Source: a virus
Taxonomy: Duplodnaviria > Caudoviricetes
Virus record (IMG/VR): IMGVR_UViG_3300015050_000842
Coordinates: 9,894 to 73,893 of that record
Reading direction: 5' to 3' (one strand)
Length of the DNA: 64,000 nt
Part shown: positions 29,667-38,435 of the stretch, piece by piece
Layout of the letters: the number at the start of each line of letters is the position of its first letter
Position numbering within the stretch: position 1 is the first letter of the stretch
Notes under the pieces: model-generated
What the model saw: the letters and a program-made list of their open reading frames with translations, nothing else
Database searches by the model: none
What the model was told of the DNA's origin: nothing
Translations under genes and position numbers: made by a program

Positions 29667-30645
29667 CGAGTAATCTATCTATTCTTAATTGGTTTATCTT
29701 GCTTAGTAAACGGTTATTCAAAATCCAATCCCACGCTTCATTATTCATTATTTCAAGTGAGTTAAACTCATCTTCATACGCTTTAAACGTATCTTTTACT
29801 CCTTCTGAAATATCAGCAACAAATCCATGCTTAAATTCGGGCAGAGTAGCGTTACCGAAGAACGCTGAACCTGCATACGTGGCTTCGAGTAATGAGATAT
29901 TACTTTTACAGACATTAAACACATTGGTAATCAATGGGAAGAACGCAATATTCGCATTTAGTTCGTGATACTCTTTATAAAACTGCATTAAGGTTACAGG
30001 GTCGGTGTATTCGTGATTCTTGCCTGTTCTTTCCTCGATGTGCTTAAAACGACTACCCTGAAACCTGAAAGTCCAATCCTGATTGTCGTTAATCATATAA
30101 ACTATGTCGTTGATATTTTGGTACATATCCGCTTCGTGAGATGCGCCACCCCTATAAGACATAATCTTTGTCTTGTGGTTAAACGGTTTCTTATTCTCTA
30201 TCGGAAATACTGTATCATTGTGGCAATTTGGGATTATGTGAATGTTTTTGTTGTACGGCTTGTATATGTGCTTAATCGCAGGTGTTGTTACCCAAACTTC
30301 ATCAGCTAAATGAATAGCCATTTTGATATTTGACTTCTGTTCTGCTAAGGTTATACTTGCGTTGTTGTGGAAAGGTACGTTCAATAGGTCATCGTCATAG
30401 TCTAAGATTACACGAATGTTCATATCCTTTGCTAACTTGATTAACTCGATATGAGGTTCGTGTGTCGGTCTTTGGAATATAAATGTATCAAAACCAATTA
30501 AACTGTTCCATCCGTATTCATTCTTTGAATTGTATAGGTTGGTTACGCTTATGTCAGGACTGTTTAGAAAGTTAAGTACACCGTTTGTCCTGTAAAATGC
30601 CGAAGCATTGGTTTCAAGCATACTTAAATAACACACTTTTTTCAT
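29659..30645 (-). CDS. Glycosyltransferase, GT-B/GT4-like
   Basis: RVILDYDDDL, ADEVWVTT, IHIIPN, NIAFFPL..N.FN.CKSNISLLEA motifs. Confidence 0.75.
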   Translation of the reverse strand: MKKVCYLSMLETNASAFYRTNGVLNFLNSPDISVTNLYNSKNEYGWNSLIGFDTFIFQRPTHEPHIELIKLAKDMNIRVILDYDDDLLNVPFHNNASITLAEQKSNIKMAIHLADEVWVTTPAIKHIYKPYNKNIHIIPNCHNDTVFPIENKKPFNHKTKIMSYRGGASHEADMYQNINDIVYMINDNQDWTFRFQGSRFKHIEERTGKNHEYTDPVTLMQFYKEYHELNANIAFFPLITNVFNVCKSNISLLEATYAGSAFFGNATLPEFKHGFVADISEGVKDTFKAYEDEFNSLEIMNNEAWDWILNNRLLSKINQLRIDRLLDV

Positions 30646-30782
30646 TTATGTAGTTTTATTGAACGATTTTTATATAGTTGTTTCAAGTCCTTATATGCGT
30701 TATTTGTGAAACGATTATCCTCAAAGTTATCGACTTGATAAATTGTTATCTTTCGTAGTTTACGAGCCTTCTTACCATTCAT
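30642..30782 (-). CDS. Small basic hypothetical protein (46 aa)
   Basis: ATG 30782 follows the DUF3307 stop; part of ORF-track entry 30642..30842. Confidence 0.45.
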   Translation of the reverse strand: MNGKKARKLRKITIYQVDNFEDNRFTNNAYKDLKQLYKNRSIKLHK

Positions 30783-30783
30783 G

Positions 30784-31167
30784 CTACTTAAATAAAATCC
30801 AATATGTTGTGAATAATTGTACGTAGTGTAATACTTGGTCAAACCCTACGCTAATAAAGAAGTTATGGCTATTCCCCGATGCCCAAAGTTTACTATTTAG
30901 TCTGCTTGTGTAGTAATCTGTTATCGTGTGAGCAACAAAAGTTATTAACAGGAATAAAGATATATTTTCAATAATCCCATGTACTGAAAACATAGAATAC
31001 CAACTATATAGAGCACCAACGATAGCAAAAATATAAGTGTAAGTAAATGTATGACCCAATAAATCATCCCAATTCTTACTTTTGCCTTTAGCTTGTTTAT
31101 CAGTTTGTAACACAAAGTCTGCAAACCAATGAATAATTAGTATTGCGAATATTTCTGTTAAATTCAT
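30784..31167 (-). CDS. DUF3307-family membrane protein
   Basis: HWFADFVLQT, H..TDYYTS and GFDQVLH motifs with hydrophobic helices. Confidence 0.8.
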   Translation of the reverse strand: MNLTEIFAILIIHWFADFVLQTDKQAKGKSKNWDDLLGHTFTYTYIFAIVGALYSWYSMFSVHGIIENISLFLLITFVAHTITDYYTSRLNSKLWASGNSHNFFISVGFDQVLHYVQLFTTYWILFK

Positions 31168-31168
31168 A

Positions 31169-33592
31169 TCATTTATTTTTATAAACCCAAACTAATTCAT
31201 CCAAATACTTTCTATCCATATCAAATCCAAAGATTTCGTCTACGGCTTCAATAACTCCCTCGTGCGCCTCGCAATAGTCGTGACCTGATATTATGCCGTT
31301 CTTTTTAATTTTAGGCAACCACGCCCTTATATCGGAGTAAACCCGACTTTTTACATGGTCAGCATCCAAAAATAGAAAATCAATGCTTTCATCTTCAAAC
31401 TGTTCTGCACTTAATCCACTATCGCCTTTAATAACATTTACTTTGTCGATTACCGATGCTAAGTTTCTTCTGAATACAACCTCGATGTTTTCATTTGTCT
31501 GTTCGTCATTAAACGTAAAGCTATCGACTGCATATACATTGAAACTCTTGTTTGCACGTAGCATTTCTACCATGAAGTAAGCAAGACTTTTGCCCTCATA
31601 GACACCTACTTCTACCACATTACTTCCGTTTGGTAAGGATTGAACAATGTCTTTGTAGAATCTTGGAAATGTAAACCACCCTGTTATTGGTTCGTAGAAG
31701 TGCTTTATTTCATCTAATGACTTTTTCAGGTATTGCTTACATAGCTTAATAGCCATAGTTGGTCGTACTAATCCAAATTGTGCCTGATACGGTATCATTC
31801 GGTATAAGTGTAATGCACAGTAGAAGTACGCTTTTCTGATAACCAACTCTCTGTCCTGTCCTAAAATCTTCGTGTAGAAGTCTATAATCATATCGAACTC
31901 TAACTCTGAATATTCGGGTGCGGTTTCTGAATCCCAAAACTCATACTTAGTCAAGTACGACTGCATCAGCTTTCCTAAGTCCTGTTCAACTACTCCTGCC
32001 TTATTGTCGTTGTCGAAGTCTATCATCTTAACAGAGAACTTATTAACCAATACATTTTCGTAGGTTAAATCTCCGTGATAGTTTTGATAAGAAATGGTCG
32101 GTGACAAATCGTGAATACGTACTGACGTTCTTAAAATAGTCAATATCTCATCTGTTTCATTACCTAATCCGATTTCATGTAGCTTATCTTTCTTTGAAAA
32201 TATCTTTTCTGAAAGGTAATCGTGTAACCAATACGAAATAATCAAAGACTTATTCCCACTATCATACCACTTGCTTAGGCAATCAAACAACTCATTGAGT
32301 GCTAAAACTCTGTCCTGAATTGATAGTAAATGAAGTGGTTTGTAACCGCTTAACTTCTCCATTACGTAGCTATCCTCTTTAAACTCACCTATCTTTGGAA
32401 CTAAGTAGTGTAGTTTAGAGTCTGATACGGCTTTCATAGATTCGTACTGTGCCTTGAATTTTACTTTCTGATACTCTGTGGCATCTTTCGGTAAATACTT
32501 CAACACAATGTCGTTATGATAGGATAGCTTCGCTTCACTATGACCTAAAGCAATATCCTTAATACCCTCATCCCTCTTTACTTCGTGTGCCATAGCCATA
32601 GGTTTTTCTGAATACGGTTTTTTGTCGTTTATTAAATATCTTGTCCCAGAGGGTAAACCCATAACCAAATGTTCATATCGTACTCCTGCCTTGCGTAGCA
32701 TATACTCCAATTCAGGTCGGAACTGTTCATCCCTGCTTGTTGTTAGTACGATAAAACAATTGTTGTCTTTCCGCCACTCGTCTATCTTTTCTCTTGCACC
32801 CTCTAAAAACTCAATATCTTTAGTGTAGTCAGGGATATTCTCGTGTTTGATTACTGTTCCATCTAAGTCGCAGAATATTGTGGATGCTTTCTTTTCCTCA
32901 TACATATTCTTTAACCGTTCAGGGTCGCCAAAGAACTCTGCTTCTTTTACCTCTACTGCCTTAGTCTTATGATACTGAATATTAATTCCGTCTGCTATTA
33001 TATCTGATATATACTTCATATCATGGGTTGGTTTGAATAGCTTTGAAAAATAGTAGCACCCAATAACTCCATAGCTTAATGTTTTCTCAACCATATTTGG
33101 CTTAGACTTTTCTGAAATAGACCTGACCATATTATTATCGTCAACCCTAACTACACTCCACTTGTTTATTTCAGATTCACTAATGTTATATACAGGAACA
33201 ATGCAATTAAATTTACCCTTATCAATATCCTTAAATATACCATCCACATTCAATGAGTGGTCGCAGTCACAGAATATTACATCGTTCAATACGTCTTGAT
33301 GCTCGAATAAGGCTGATATGGTTTCAACAGGACTTTTAGTTGGTTGTATCGGTACAATTTGCAGGTTTGCAGGAATGTTAAAGCTACGGAATCTTTCTTC
33401 TACGTTAAACTGAATCAAGTGGTCTTTCCTGACAATAAATACAAAATCTTTTATTCTGTCCTTGTGCTTTAAGAATGGTTGCACGGCAAGTTCAATGAAT
33501 GTTTTATCAAAAATCTTGAAAAACGGCTTAAATTTCCCTCCAAACCGTTGAGATTCTCCTGCCATTGGAAAGACTACTGTTACTTTATTCAT
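31169..33592 (-). CDS. Four-domain fusion: sugar-phosphate nucleotidyltransferase + HAD phosphatase + APH/choline-kinase-like kinase + class I methyltransferase
   Basis: VFPMAGESQRF...KP (NTP-transferase); IFCDLDGT, LTTSR, YLIND (HAD); YHGDLTYENV, MIDFD, DLGKL (kinase); VEVGVYEGKS, FLFLDADH, GIISGHDY (methyltransferase). Confidence 0.85.
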   Translation of the reverse strand: MNKVTVVFPMAGESQRFGGKFKPFFKIFDKTFIELAVQPFLKHKDRIKDFVFIVRKDHLIQFNVEERFRSFNIPANLQIVPIQPTKSPVETISALFEHQDVLNDVIFCDCDHSLNVDGIFKDIDKGKFNCIVPVYNISESEINKWSVVRVDDNNMVRSISEKSKPNMVEKTLSYGVIGCYYFSKLFKPTHDMKYISDIIADGINIQYHKTKAVEVKEAEFFGDPERLKNMYEEKKASTIFCDLDGTVIKHENIPDYTKDIEFLEGAREKIDEWRKDNNCFIVLTTSRDEQFRPELEYMLRKAGVRYEHLVMGLPSGTRYLINDKKPYSEKPMAMAHEVKRDEGIKDIALGHSEAKLSYHNDIVLKYLPKDATEYQKVKFKAQYESMKAVSDSKLHYLVPKIGEFKEDSYVMEKLSGYKPLHLLSIQDRVLALNELFDCLSKWYDSGNKSLIISYWLHDYLSEKIFSKKDKLHEIGLGNETDEILTILRTSVRIHDLSPTISYQNYHGDLTYENVLVNKFSVKMIDFDNDNKAGVVEQDLGKLMQSYLTKYEFWDSETAPEYSELEFDMIIDFYTKILGQDRELVIRKAYFYCALHLYRMIPYQAQFGLVRPTMAIKLCKQYLKKSLDEIKHFYEPITGWFTFPRFYKDIVQSLPNGSNVVEVGVYEGKSLAYFMVEMLRANKSFNVYAVDSFTFNDEQTNENIEVVFRRNLASVIDKVNVIKGDSGLSAEQFEDESIDFLFLDADHVKSRVYSDIRAWLPKIKKNGIISGHDYCEAHEGVIEAVDEIFGFDMDRKYLDELVWVYKNK

Positions 33593-34293
33593 AACGTGAA
33601 GTTATTAGCATCGTTAGCAAACATCTGTACCGTTTCAATACTATAATCCCTTAAATTCTTGTCTTTCATCTTTAGCTTTTCCAAGATTGGTTGCGGTATA
33701 GTGATAATGTCGCAGTACTCTTTTGCTAAGTGAATATCGCCAAGACTTCTTACTCCAGCCCAAAGTAACTTGATATTACCCCTGTCCGTTCCTATCATAT
33801 CGCTAATCTTTTTGATTATCGTGTTTGGAGATATGCCTGTATCAGCTATTCTGCCTGAAAAAACAGATAATACTACATCGTAGTCTTTAGTTACACCTAA
33901 GTCTAACAACTCTCTGACCTGCTGTGGAGTAAATATTGCCGTTACATTTATTTTGATTCCATCGTCAAGCAAGAATTTGATTACTTCGGCACAAGACTCT
34001 CCTTTGTCGTTTACTATCGGAATCTTAACATATACATTGTGACCCCAACTACTGATTTCTAATGCCTGAAATACAATGTCCTTTAGGTCGTTGGTCAAGA
34101 CCTGAATCGAAACAGGATAACCGTTACTATTGTCAATTATCGCATTGCAGTAATCTTTATAAACAATTGGTAAATATTGTTTCACCAAAGAGGGATTGCA
34201 AGTGAAGCCTGTAACGTCAAAATCTGTAAGTACGTGGTTAATGTACTCTTTGGTTGGCTCAATGCCATCTGCGTAAATTTCTAATTCTCTCAT
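33589..34293 (-). CDS. tal: Transaldolase / fructose-6-phosphate aldolase family protein
   Basis: IYADG, GFTCNPSL, VYVKIP (Schiff-base Lys), INVTAIF, SVFSGRIADTG, LLWAG and DIITIP motifs. Confidence 0.9.
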   Translation of the reverse strand: MRELEIYADGIEPTKEYINHVLTDFDVTGFTCNPSLVKQYLPIVYKDYCNAIIDNSNGYPVSIQVLTNDLKDIVFQALEISSWGHNVYVKIPIVNDKGESCAEVIKFLLDDGIKINVTAIFTPQQVRELLDLGVTKDYDVVLSVFSGRIADTGISPNTIIKKISDMIGTDRGNIKLLWAGVRSLGDIHLAKEYCDIITIPQPILEKLKMKDKNLRDYSIETVQMFANDANNFTL

Positions 34294-34793
34294 TTCGTTA
34301 AGTGTATTACTCCTTGTTCGTTTGGATTAAAGTTACTCATGTAGTATTGTTCGATTGTTTTAAAACCCCACCTTTGATAGTTGTCTTTTATTATAGCTAA
34401 CTTATCTGCATCGTGGTATTCAATAGCCATTTCCTCTATTCCGTTAAACAATTCTATTGGTATCTCATTCAGTAGGCTTTCAAATCCCTCTATGTCGCAT
34501 TTTACGGCTTGTGGTTGAACTGTCATTAGATAGTCAGCCATTTGTTCAGGCGTGTTGATTTCGTCTGTTATAATCGTTAATTTCGGGTCAGGCACATTCT
34601 CTGCGTACCAAATACGTTCATTATCCCACATTTCAATACCTACAACCTTACTTGCACCCTGACTTAAGAAGTATTCAGGAGTCGTTGGTCTAATTTCCCA
34701 CATCCTTCCTGCCCCAAAATCCAAGACAACTCTATCCTTTACGTTTAACATTGACCAATGATGAATTGGATTTTCGCTTTCTATGCTTTTCAT
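34290..34793 (-). CDS. Class I SAM methyltransferase-like protein (FkbM-like)
   Basis: VVLDFGAG, KVVGIE and VKCDIEGFE motifs. Confidence 0.65.
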   Translation of the reverse strand: MKSIESENPIHHWSMLNVKDRVVLDFGAGRMWEIRPTTPEYFLSQGASKVVGIEMWDNERIWYAENVPDPKLTIITDEINTPEQMADYLMTVQPQAVKCDIEGFESLLNEIPIELFNGIEEMAIEYHDADKLAIIKDNYQRWGFKTIEQYYMSNFNPNEQGVIHLTK

Positions 34794-35371
34794 CTAAGTA
34801 TTGTGTTTGTTATGTTTAATCTATTGATAACTACGCCCTGTTTTTTTAGGTTTTCGGTTACGTAAAATTCAGTATGAAAAATTTTGCCATCTCTGAATAG
34901 GTTTCCATGTTCCAAATATACGCTATAATACTTTTTCATTACCTTGTAACTGCCGAAAGCAAATTGGTCATTAACACCTCCACAATGGTCGTTACCGTAA
35001 GGAATGTAAATGTTTGTGTCGTCAATATTGTAGTCATCAAAGTTTATCTTTCCGCTTAATACTATGTCTGTTCTTGACTTTACATACACATCGTAGTTGT
35101 GTGGTACTAAACAGAATCCTATGAATAGATTGTGCCACGCCTGTAAAGTGTTATCTGTGCAGGTGACAGGGTTTTTATTGCTATTGTACCAATCCAACGG
35201 TTCGGTGTAGTACGTTCCTTGTATCTTGTTAAACTGCTTGTACGGTGTTTCAGGTTCATCGTATGTGTAGAAATAGGTTTCTGTGGTCGGGGTGTAGAAA
35301 TTATCAATTTGATTCTGTCTACAAGCGTTCCACGTTCTTAGATGCCCTGAATATAATACCGCTACGTTCAT
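34790..35371 (-). CDS. Putative glycan-modifying enzyme (SGxxR / SRxD / NDQFAFG family)
   Basis: VAVLYSGHLRT, YDVYVKSRTD and VNDQFAFG motifs, recurrent in polysaccharide clusters; function not assignable. Confidence 0.5.
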   Translation of the reverse strand: MNVAVLYSGHLRTWNACRQNQIDNFYTPTTETYFYTYDEPETPYKQFNKIQGTYYTEPLDWYNSNKNPVTCTDNTLQAWHNLFIGFCLVPHNYDVYVKSRTDIVLSGKINFDDYNIDDTNIYIPYGNDHCGGVNDQFAFGSYKVMKKYYSVYLEHGNLFRDGKIFHTEFYVTENLKKQGVVINRLNITNTILR

Positions 35372-36171
35372 GCCTCAAACGGGTTATAGTAAATATCTCG
35401 TACTCCTTTTTTGTAGTCCTCTGCTATCTCTGAAAACTCGGCTATTGTTCTTCCTGCTTCTCTGATTTTCTCTTTAACGTGTTCTCCCTCTCCGTTATCT
35501 AAGTGAACAATAGGAATTGTTGGTAGGAAAGCATTTTCAAATCCTGCAAGTTCGGAACGTAGTGACATCAATGAATCATCCCAAGCGTAAGTGGAAATTT
35601 GCCACATGTAGCCGACTTTATCTAATAGTTTAGGGCTAAACATAGTGCAAGTGCCTATAATATCTTTGGAGATTTCTAAAACAACCCAACTATCACCTCT
35701 TTCGTGAGGTAAAAACTTTAATTGTGTTCTGTATGCAGGATTTTCATGTTCAGGGTGTTGAATTAACTCTGTTCGCTTTAATCCTAATATTCCTAAGTTC
35801 GTGTATCTCTCAAAACATTCTTCCATTTCCTCTACCCAACCTACCCTACCTATCGTTACGTCTGAATCAATTTTAATTACGTATTGATTAGGTTTTCTTG
35901 TACGTATGCCTAAGTTTACTGCCTCTGCCGTACCTAAGTTCTTACCGTTATACGATATAGTTAGGTGGTTTGAAGGGAACATTGATTCAAAATGATATGT
36001 AAACTCTTTATAGAAATCAATCATTTCTTGACAAGAGCCGTTATCGCTAATGAAAAGTTCGCTTGGCAAAAAATCTACGGTGTCAAGTAAACCAAACAAA
36101 GTCTTTTTTGCGTACTCTAACCGATTATTTGTTTCGGTTGCGTATGACGCCATAATCACTAAAGCACACAT
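35368..36171 (-). CDS. Glycosyltransferase, GT2 family
   Basis: LFISDNGS, NLGTAEAVNLG and VIKIDSD (DxD) motifs. Confidence 0.8.
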   Translation of the reverse strand: MCALVIMASYATETNNRLEYAKKTLFGLLDTVDFLPSELFISDNGSCQEMIDFYKEFTYHFESMFPSNHLTISYNGKNLGTAEAVNLGIRTRKPNQYVIKIDSDVTIGRVGWVEEMEECFERYTNLGILGLKRTELIQHPEHENPAYRTQLKFLPHERGDSWVVLEISKDIIGTCTMFSPKLLDKVGYMWQISTYAWDDSLMSLRSELAGFENAFLPTIPIVHLDNGEGEHVKEKIREAGRTIAEFSEIAEDYKKGVRDIYYNPFEA

Positions 36172-36290
36172 AGATTACAAATAAAATACCCCAATACCAA
36201 GCGATGCGGAAACATACAGCAACTCGGAAGTTGTGCCTGATATTGGGGATGGATTAAATGTGTCAAGGGTTTTGCTGTTATATGTTTTTC
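36172..36290 (-). ncRNA. Structured 5' leader, pseudoknot/attenuator-like (copy 2), heading the glycosylation operon
   Basis: AAACATATAACAGCAA pairs with TTGCTGTATGTTT; CCCCAATATCAGG pairs with CTTGGTATTGGGG; interleaved order, then a T-rich tract and ATG 36171. Confidence 0.55.
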
Positions 36291-36354
36291 CGCTAACCAA
36301 AGTTGAGAAAAGTTTTTTATATATGCAAGTAAAAAAAGCACTTTCCTTTTAATT

Positions 36355-36362
36355 TATCTTTG
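36355..36362 (+). promoter_or_regulatory. -7 promoter box (TATCTTTG)
   Basis: TAnnTTTG 29 nt upstream of ATG 36392. Confidence 0.6.
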
Positions 36363-36391
36363 AGTCATTAATAAACTTAATTCTTAATGTC

Positions 36392-36664
36392 ATGGCAGTA
36401 GCAATTTCAACCAAAGTACTTCAAATGCCGAATGGTCAAAATTTCGCAAACGAAGGAGCAGCAGACCCTTGTCCTGTGTATCTAATCGGAACGGATTACA
36501 TTCAGCAAGTAACCGCAGCATCAACAGCACAACAAGCAGATGTATCAGGTGTGCAATCTATTATTTACGTAAATTATTACGAATTTAATCAGGTTCAGAC
36601 AGGTACGTACTATGTTGGTGATTCGGTAGCAACTCTGCTTACCAACATTAACGCAGCTACCTAA
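36392..36664 (+). CDS. Small Ala/Thr/Val-rich protein, possibly a virion decoration protein
   Basis: 90 aa with its own promoter and terminator, opposite to all neighbours; composition is beta-rich and virion-like. Confidence 0.6.
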   Translation: MAVAISTKVLQMPNGQNFANEGAADPCPVYLIGTDYIQQVTAASTAQQADVSGVQSIIYVNYYEFNQVQTGTYYVGDSVATLLTNINAAT

Positions 36665-36685
36665 GTATGCGTAGTGCAAAATGAG

Positions 36686-36720
36686 AAAAGCCATAGCAAA
36701 TTAATGTTATGGCTTTTTTT
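36686..36720. terminator. Bidirectional intrinsic terminator between convergent genes
   Basis: AAAAGCCATAGCA-AATTAA-TGTTATGGCTTTTTTT. Confidence 0.75.
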
Positions 36721-36735
36721 ATTATAATCGGTTGG

Positions 36736-36993
36736 TTATTTTTTCCTTAATGCTTTCTTGATAATATCGCTTGAATCAGCACCGTACATTGGCTTCTCGC
36801 CTTTCTTCATTATTGGTTTACCAATTGCTTTACCGTAACCTACCTTAGCTAAAGAATCCACTTGTCTTTTTGAGGCTTCTCCACGAGGGTATAGCTTAAC
36901 TGTTTCTGGTTTTGGTTTTTGTAGTCTTGTGGCAGTTACCTTTACTTCGGGTAACATCATTGCTCTTGGTTTTGGGTTTACTTTCTTTGCCAT
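36736..36993 (-). CDS. Basic Lys/Pro-rich hypothetical protein
   Basis: ORF track, 85 aa. Confidence 0.6.
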   Translation of the reverse strand: MAKKVNPKPRAMMLPEVKVTATRLQKPKPETVKLYPRGEASKRQVDSLAKVGYGKAIGKPIMKKGEKPMYGADSSDIIKKALRKK

Positions 36994-37379
36994 TACGCTA
37001 TTCTTAAATGTCTGATTACTTCTGTAAAGTTAAAACATAATTGGTTAGGATTATTGACTTGTGTTCTTATGGGCTTTCTGCTTAATTTAAAGACTTGTGT
37101 GCGACTTTCTTGCTTGGGTTGGACAAATGGTAGTCTAAGGTCTAAATTCGTTGGAGGGGGCATATCTCGGAGTTCTTTTTTCACAAGACAATGGTTTGCG
37201 CGATGCCATTGACCGTAGCAACGGCTTGCAGCCAAACTGCACTTCTCCCACGTGTGAGCTGTTATTTCCATAAATAATCGCTCAAATCCACTCATATCAC
37301 CGACATTAGCCTTTTCTAAGGATTCTCTAAAGAACGGATGTTCTAAAATAAGTTTAGTTTGTTCTTTTATAGATGCCAC
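36993..37379 (-). CDS. Hypothetical protein
   Basis: ORF track, 128 aa, stop overlapping the next start. Confidence 0.55.
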   Translation of the reverse strand: MASIKEQTKLILEHPFFRESLEKANVGDMSGFERLFMEITAHTWEKCSLAASRCYGQWHRANHCLVKKELRDMPPPTNLDLRLPFVQPKQESRTQVFKLSRKPIRTQVNNPNQLCFNFTEVIRHLRIA

Positions 37380-37438
37380 GTCACTTAATTTAAGCTACAT
37401 TTTTAGTAAAAGTAAAAACCTTTTTTTAAAAAAACAAA

Positions 37439-38023
37439 TTAATACCTCCATTTAAAACCTGCGCAAAAACTTGTTACTCCTCTTGCACAAGCAGATATTG
37501 CGCCAAAACTTCTATTTACACTTCTTGCTGCTTCAACAACAGAGCCAAATTCTTGAACAAAAACATCATCCATTGTGTATTTTTTTACTGATTTAGATGT
37601 AGGGTTTTCGCCACCGTATTTTCTTTTGTAAACAGATGGCTTTCTACCAAGAACTCTGTATGCGTGTAAATTATTTTCTTGTGATGTACACCATTCAAGG
37701 TTTTCGACTCTATTGTCTGTCTTAATTCCGTTCTTGTGATTAACAAATGGTTTATTTTCAGGGTTTGGAATAAACGCTTCTGCAACTAACCTATGAATAA
37801 CAGTAATAACAATTCTATCTAAATCATGCAAAGATATTTTCTGATAAGTATTTGTAACTCCTTTTACCAAATGACCACTTCTATATTTTTGTCGAGATTT
37901 CCTATTATTCATACCCAACCATTTCCCGTGTCTATAAACCCTTCCTAAAGAACTAACCATATAAAAACCACTCCACCCTAATACATCTCTCCATTCCTCT
38001 CCTTCTAAAATTTCAATATCCAT
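37439..38023 (-). CDS. NUMOD4-HNH homing endonuclease with C-terminal NUMOD1-like domain
   Basis: Likely start ATG 38023 (MDIEILEGEEW). EEWRDVLGWSGFYMVSSLGRV; IHRLVAEAF..VNHKNGIKTDNRVENLEWCTSQENN; FVQEFGSVVEAARSV. Confidence 0.9.
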   Translation of the reverse strand: MDIEILEGEEWRDVLGWSGFYMVSSLGRVYRHGKWLGMNNRKSRQKYRSGHLVKGVTNTYQKISLHDLDRIVITVIHRLVAEAFIPNPENKPFVNHKNGIKTDNRVENLEWCTSQENNLHAYRVLGRKPSVYKRKYGGENPTSKSVKKYTMDDVFVQEFGSVVEAARSVNRSFGAISACARGVTSFCAGFKWRY

Positions 38024-38125
38024 AATAAAAAACCCCACAAATACAAAGGCTGTCCAGTCTGCCGAGGTAGGCATAAGGCAATGTAGATGCAGGGATATTT
38101 TTAAATTTCTTCATAACTGAACAGC
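38024..38125 (-). ncRNA. Structured 5' leader, pseudoknot/attenuator-like (copy 3)
   Basis: GCTGTTCAGTT pairs with GACTGGACAGC; CCCTGCATCTACA pairs with TGTATTTGTGGGG; TTAAAAATAT linker; T-tract then ATG. Confidence 0.55.
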
Positions 38126-38129
38126 AAAA

Positions 38130-38137
38130 CAAATTTA
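38130..38137 (-). promoter_or_regulatory. -7 promoter box (TAAATTTG)
   Basis: TAnnTTTG 4 nt before the leader stem. Confidence 0.6.
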
Positions 38138-38153
38138 ATGTAAAGTTTTTTAA

Positions 38154-38435
38154 TTATACAAATAAATTTTCTATCTCGTTAAATGTTAAATCTTTTTCTA
38201 TCTTTTGTATCTCTAAATAATCATCGCTAAATCTTAGGTTTCGGTAACAATCGTAATATTGTTTGCAACAAGCTATGAATAAGTCAGGGTTTTTCGGTGC
38301 GTAATCTTTTACTAATATCATTTGTCCTACTTTTAGTTTGTCTAATATGTTCCAACACTTACGTAAAACTCTGTCTTCAATCAAATCAGAATGGTTCAAA
38401 ATTATCATCTTCTTGCTCTTTAATACTTTGGTCAA
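38154..38435 (-). CDS. Hypothetical protein
   Basis: ORF track; the true start may be later (MIILNHSDL). Confidence 0.55.
   Translation of the reverse strand: MTKVLKSKKMIILNHSDLIEDRVLRKCWNILDKLKVGQMILVKDYAPKNPDLFIACCKQYYDCYRNLRFSDDYLEIQKIEKDLTFNEIENLFV

Noticed and set aside
33589-34293. Transaldolase as a cyanophage-style pentose-phosphate auxiliary metabolic gene
   Set aside because: It is embedded by overlapping codons in a glycosyltransferase/nucleotidyltransferase operon, with no other central-metabolism genes nearby.
36159-36341. 60-aa minus-strand ORF upstream of the GT2 gene
   Set aside because: TTG start with no recognisable protein features; it coincides with the structured leader (copy 2), which explains the sequence better. 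It could still act as a leader peptide.
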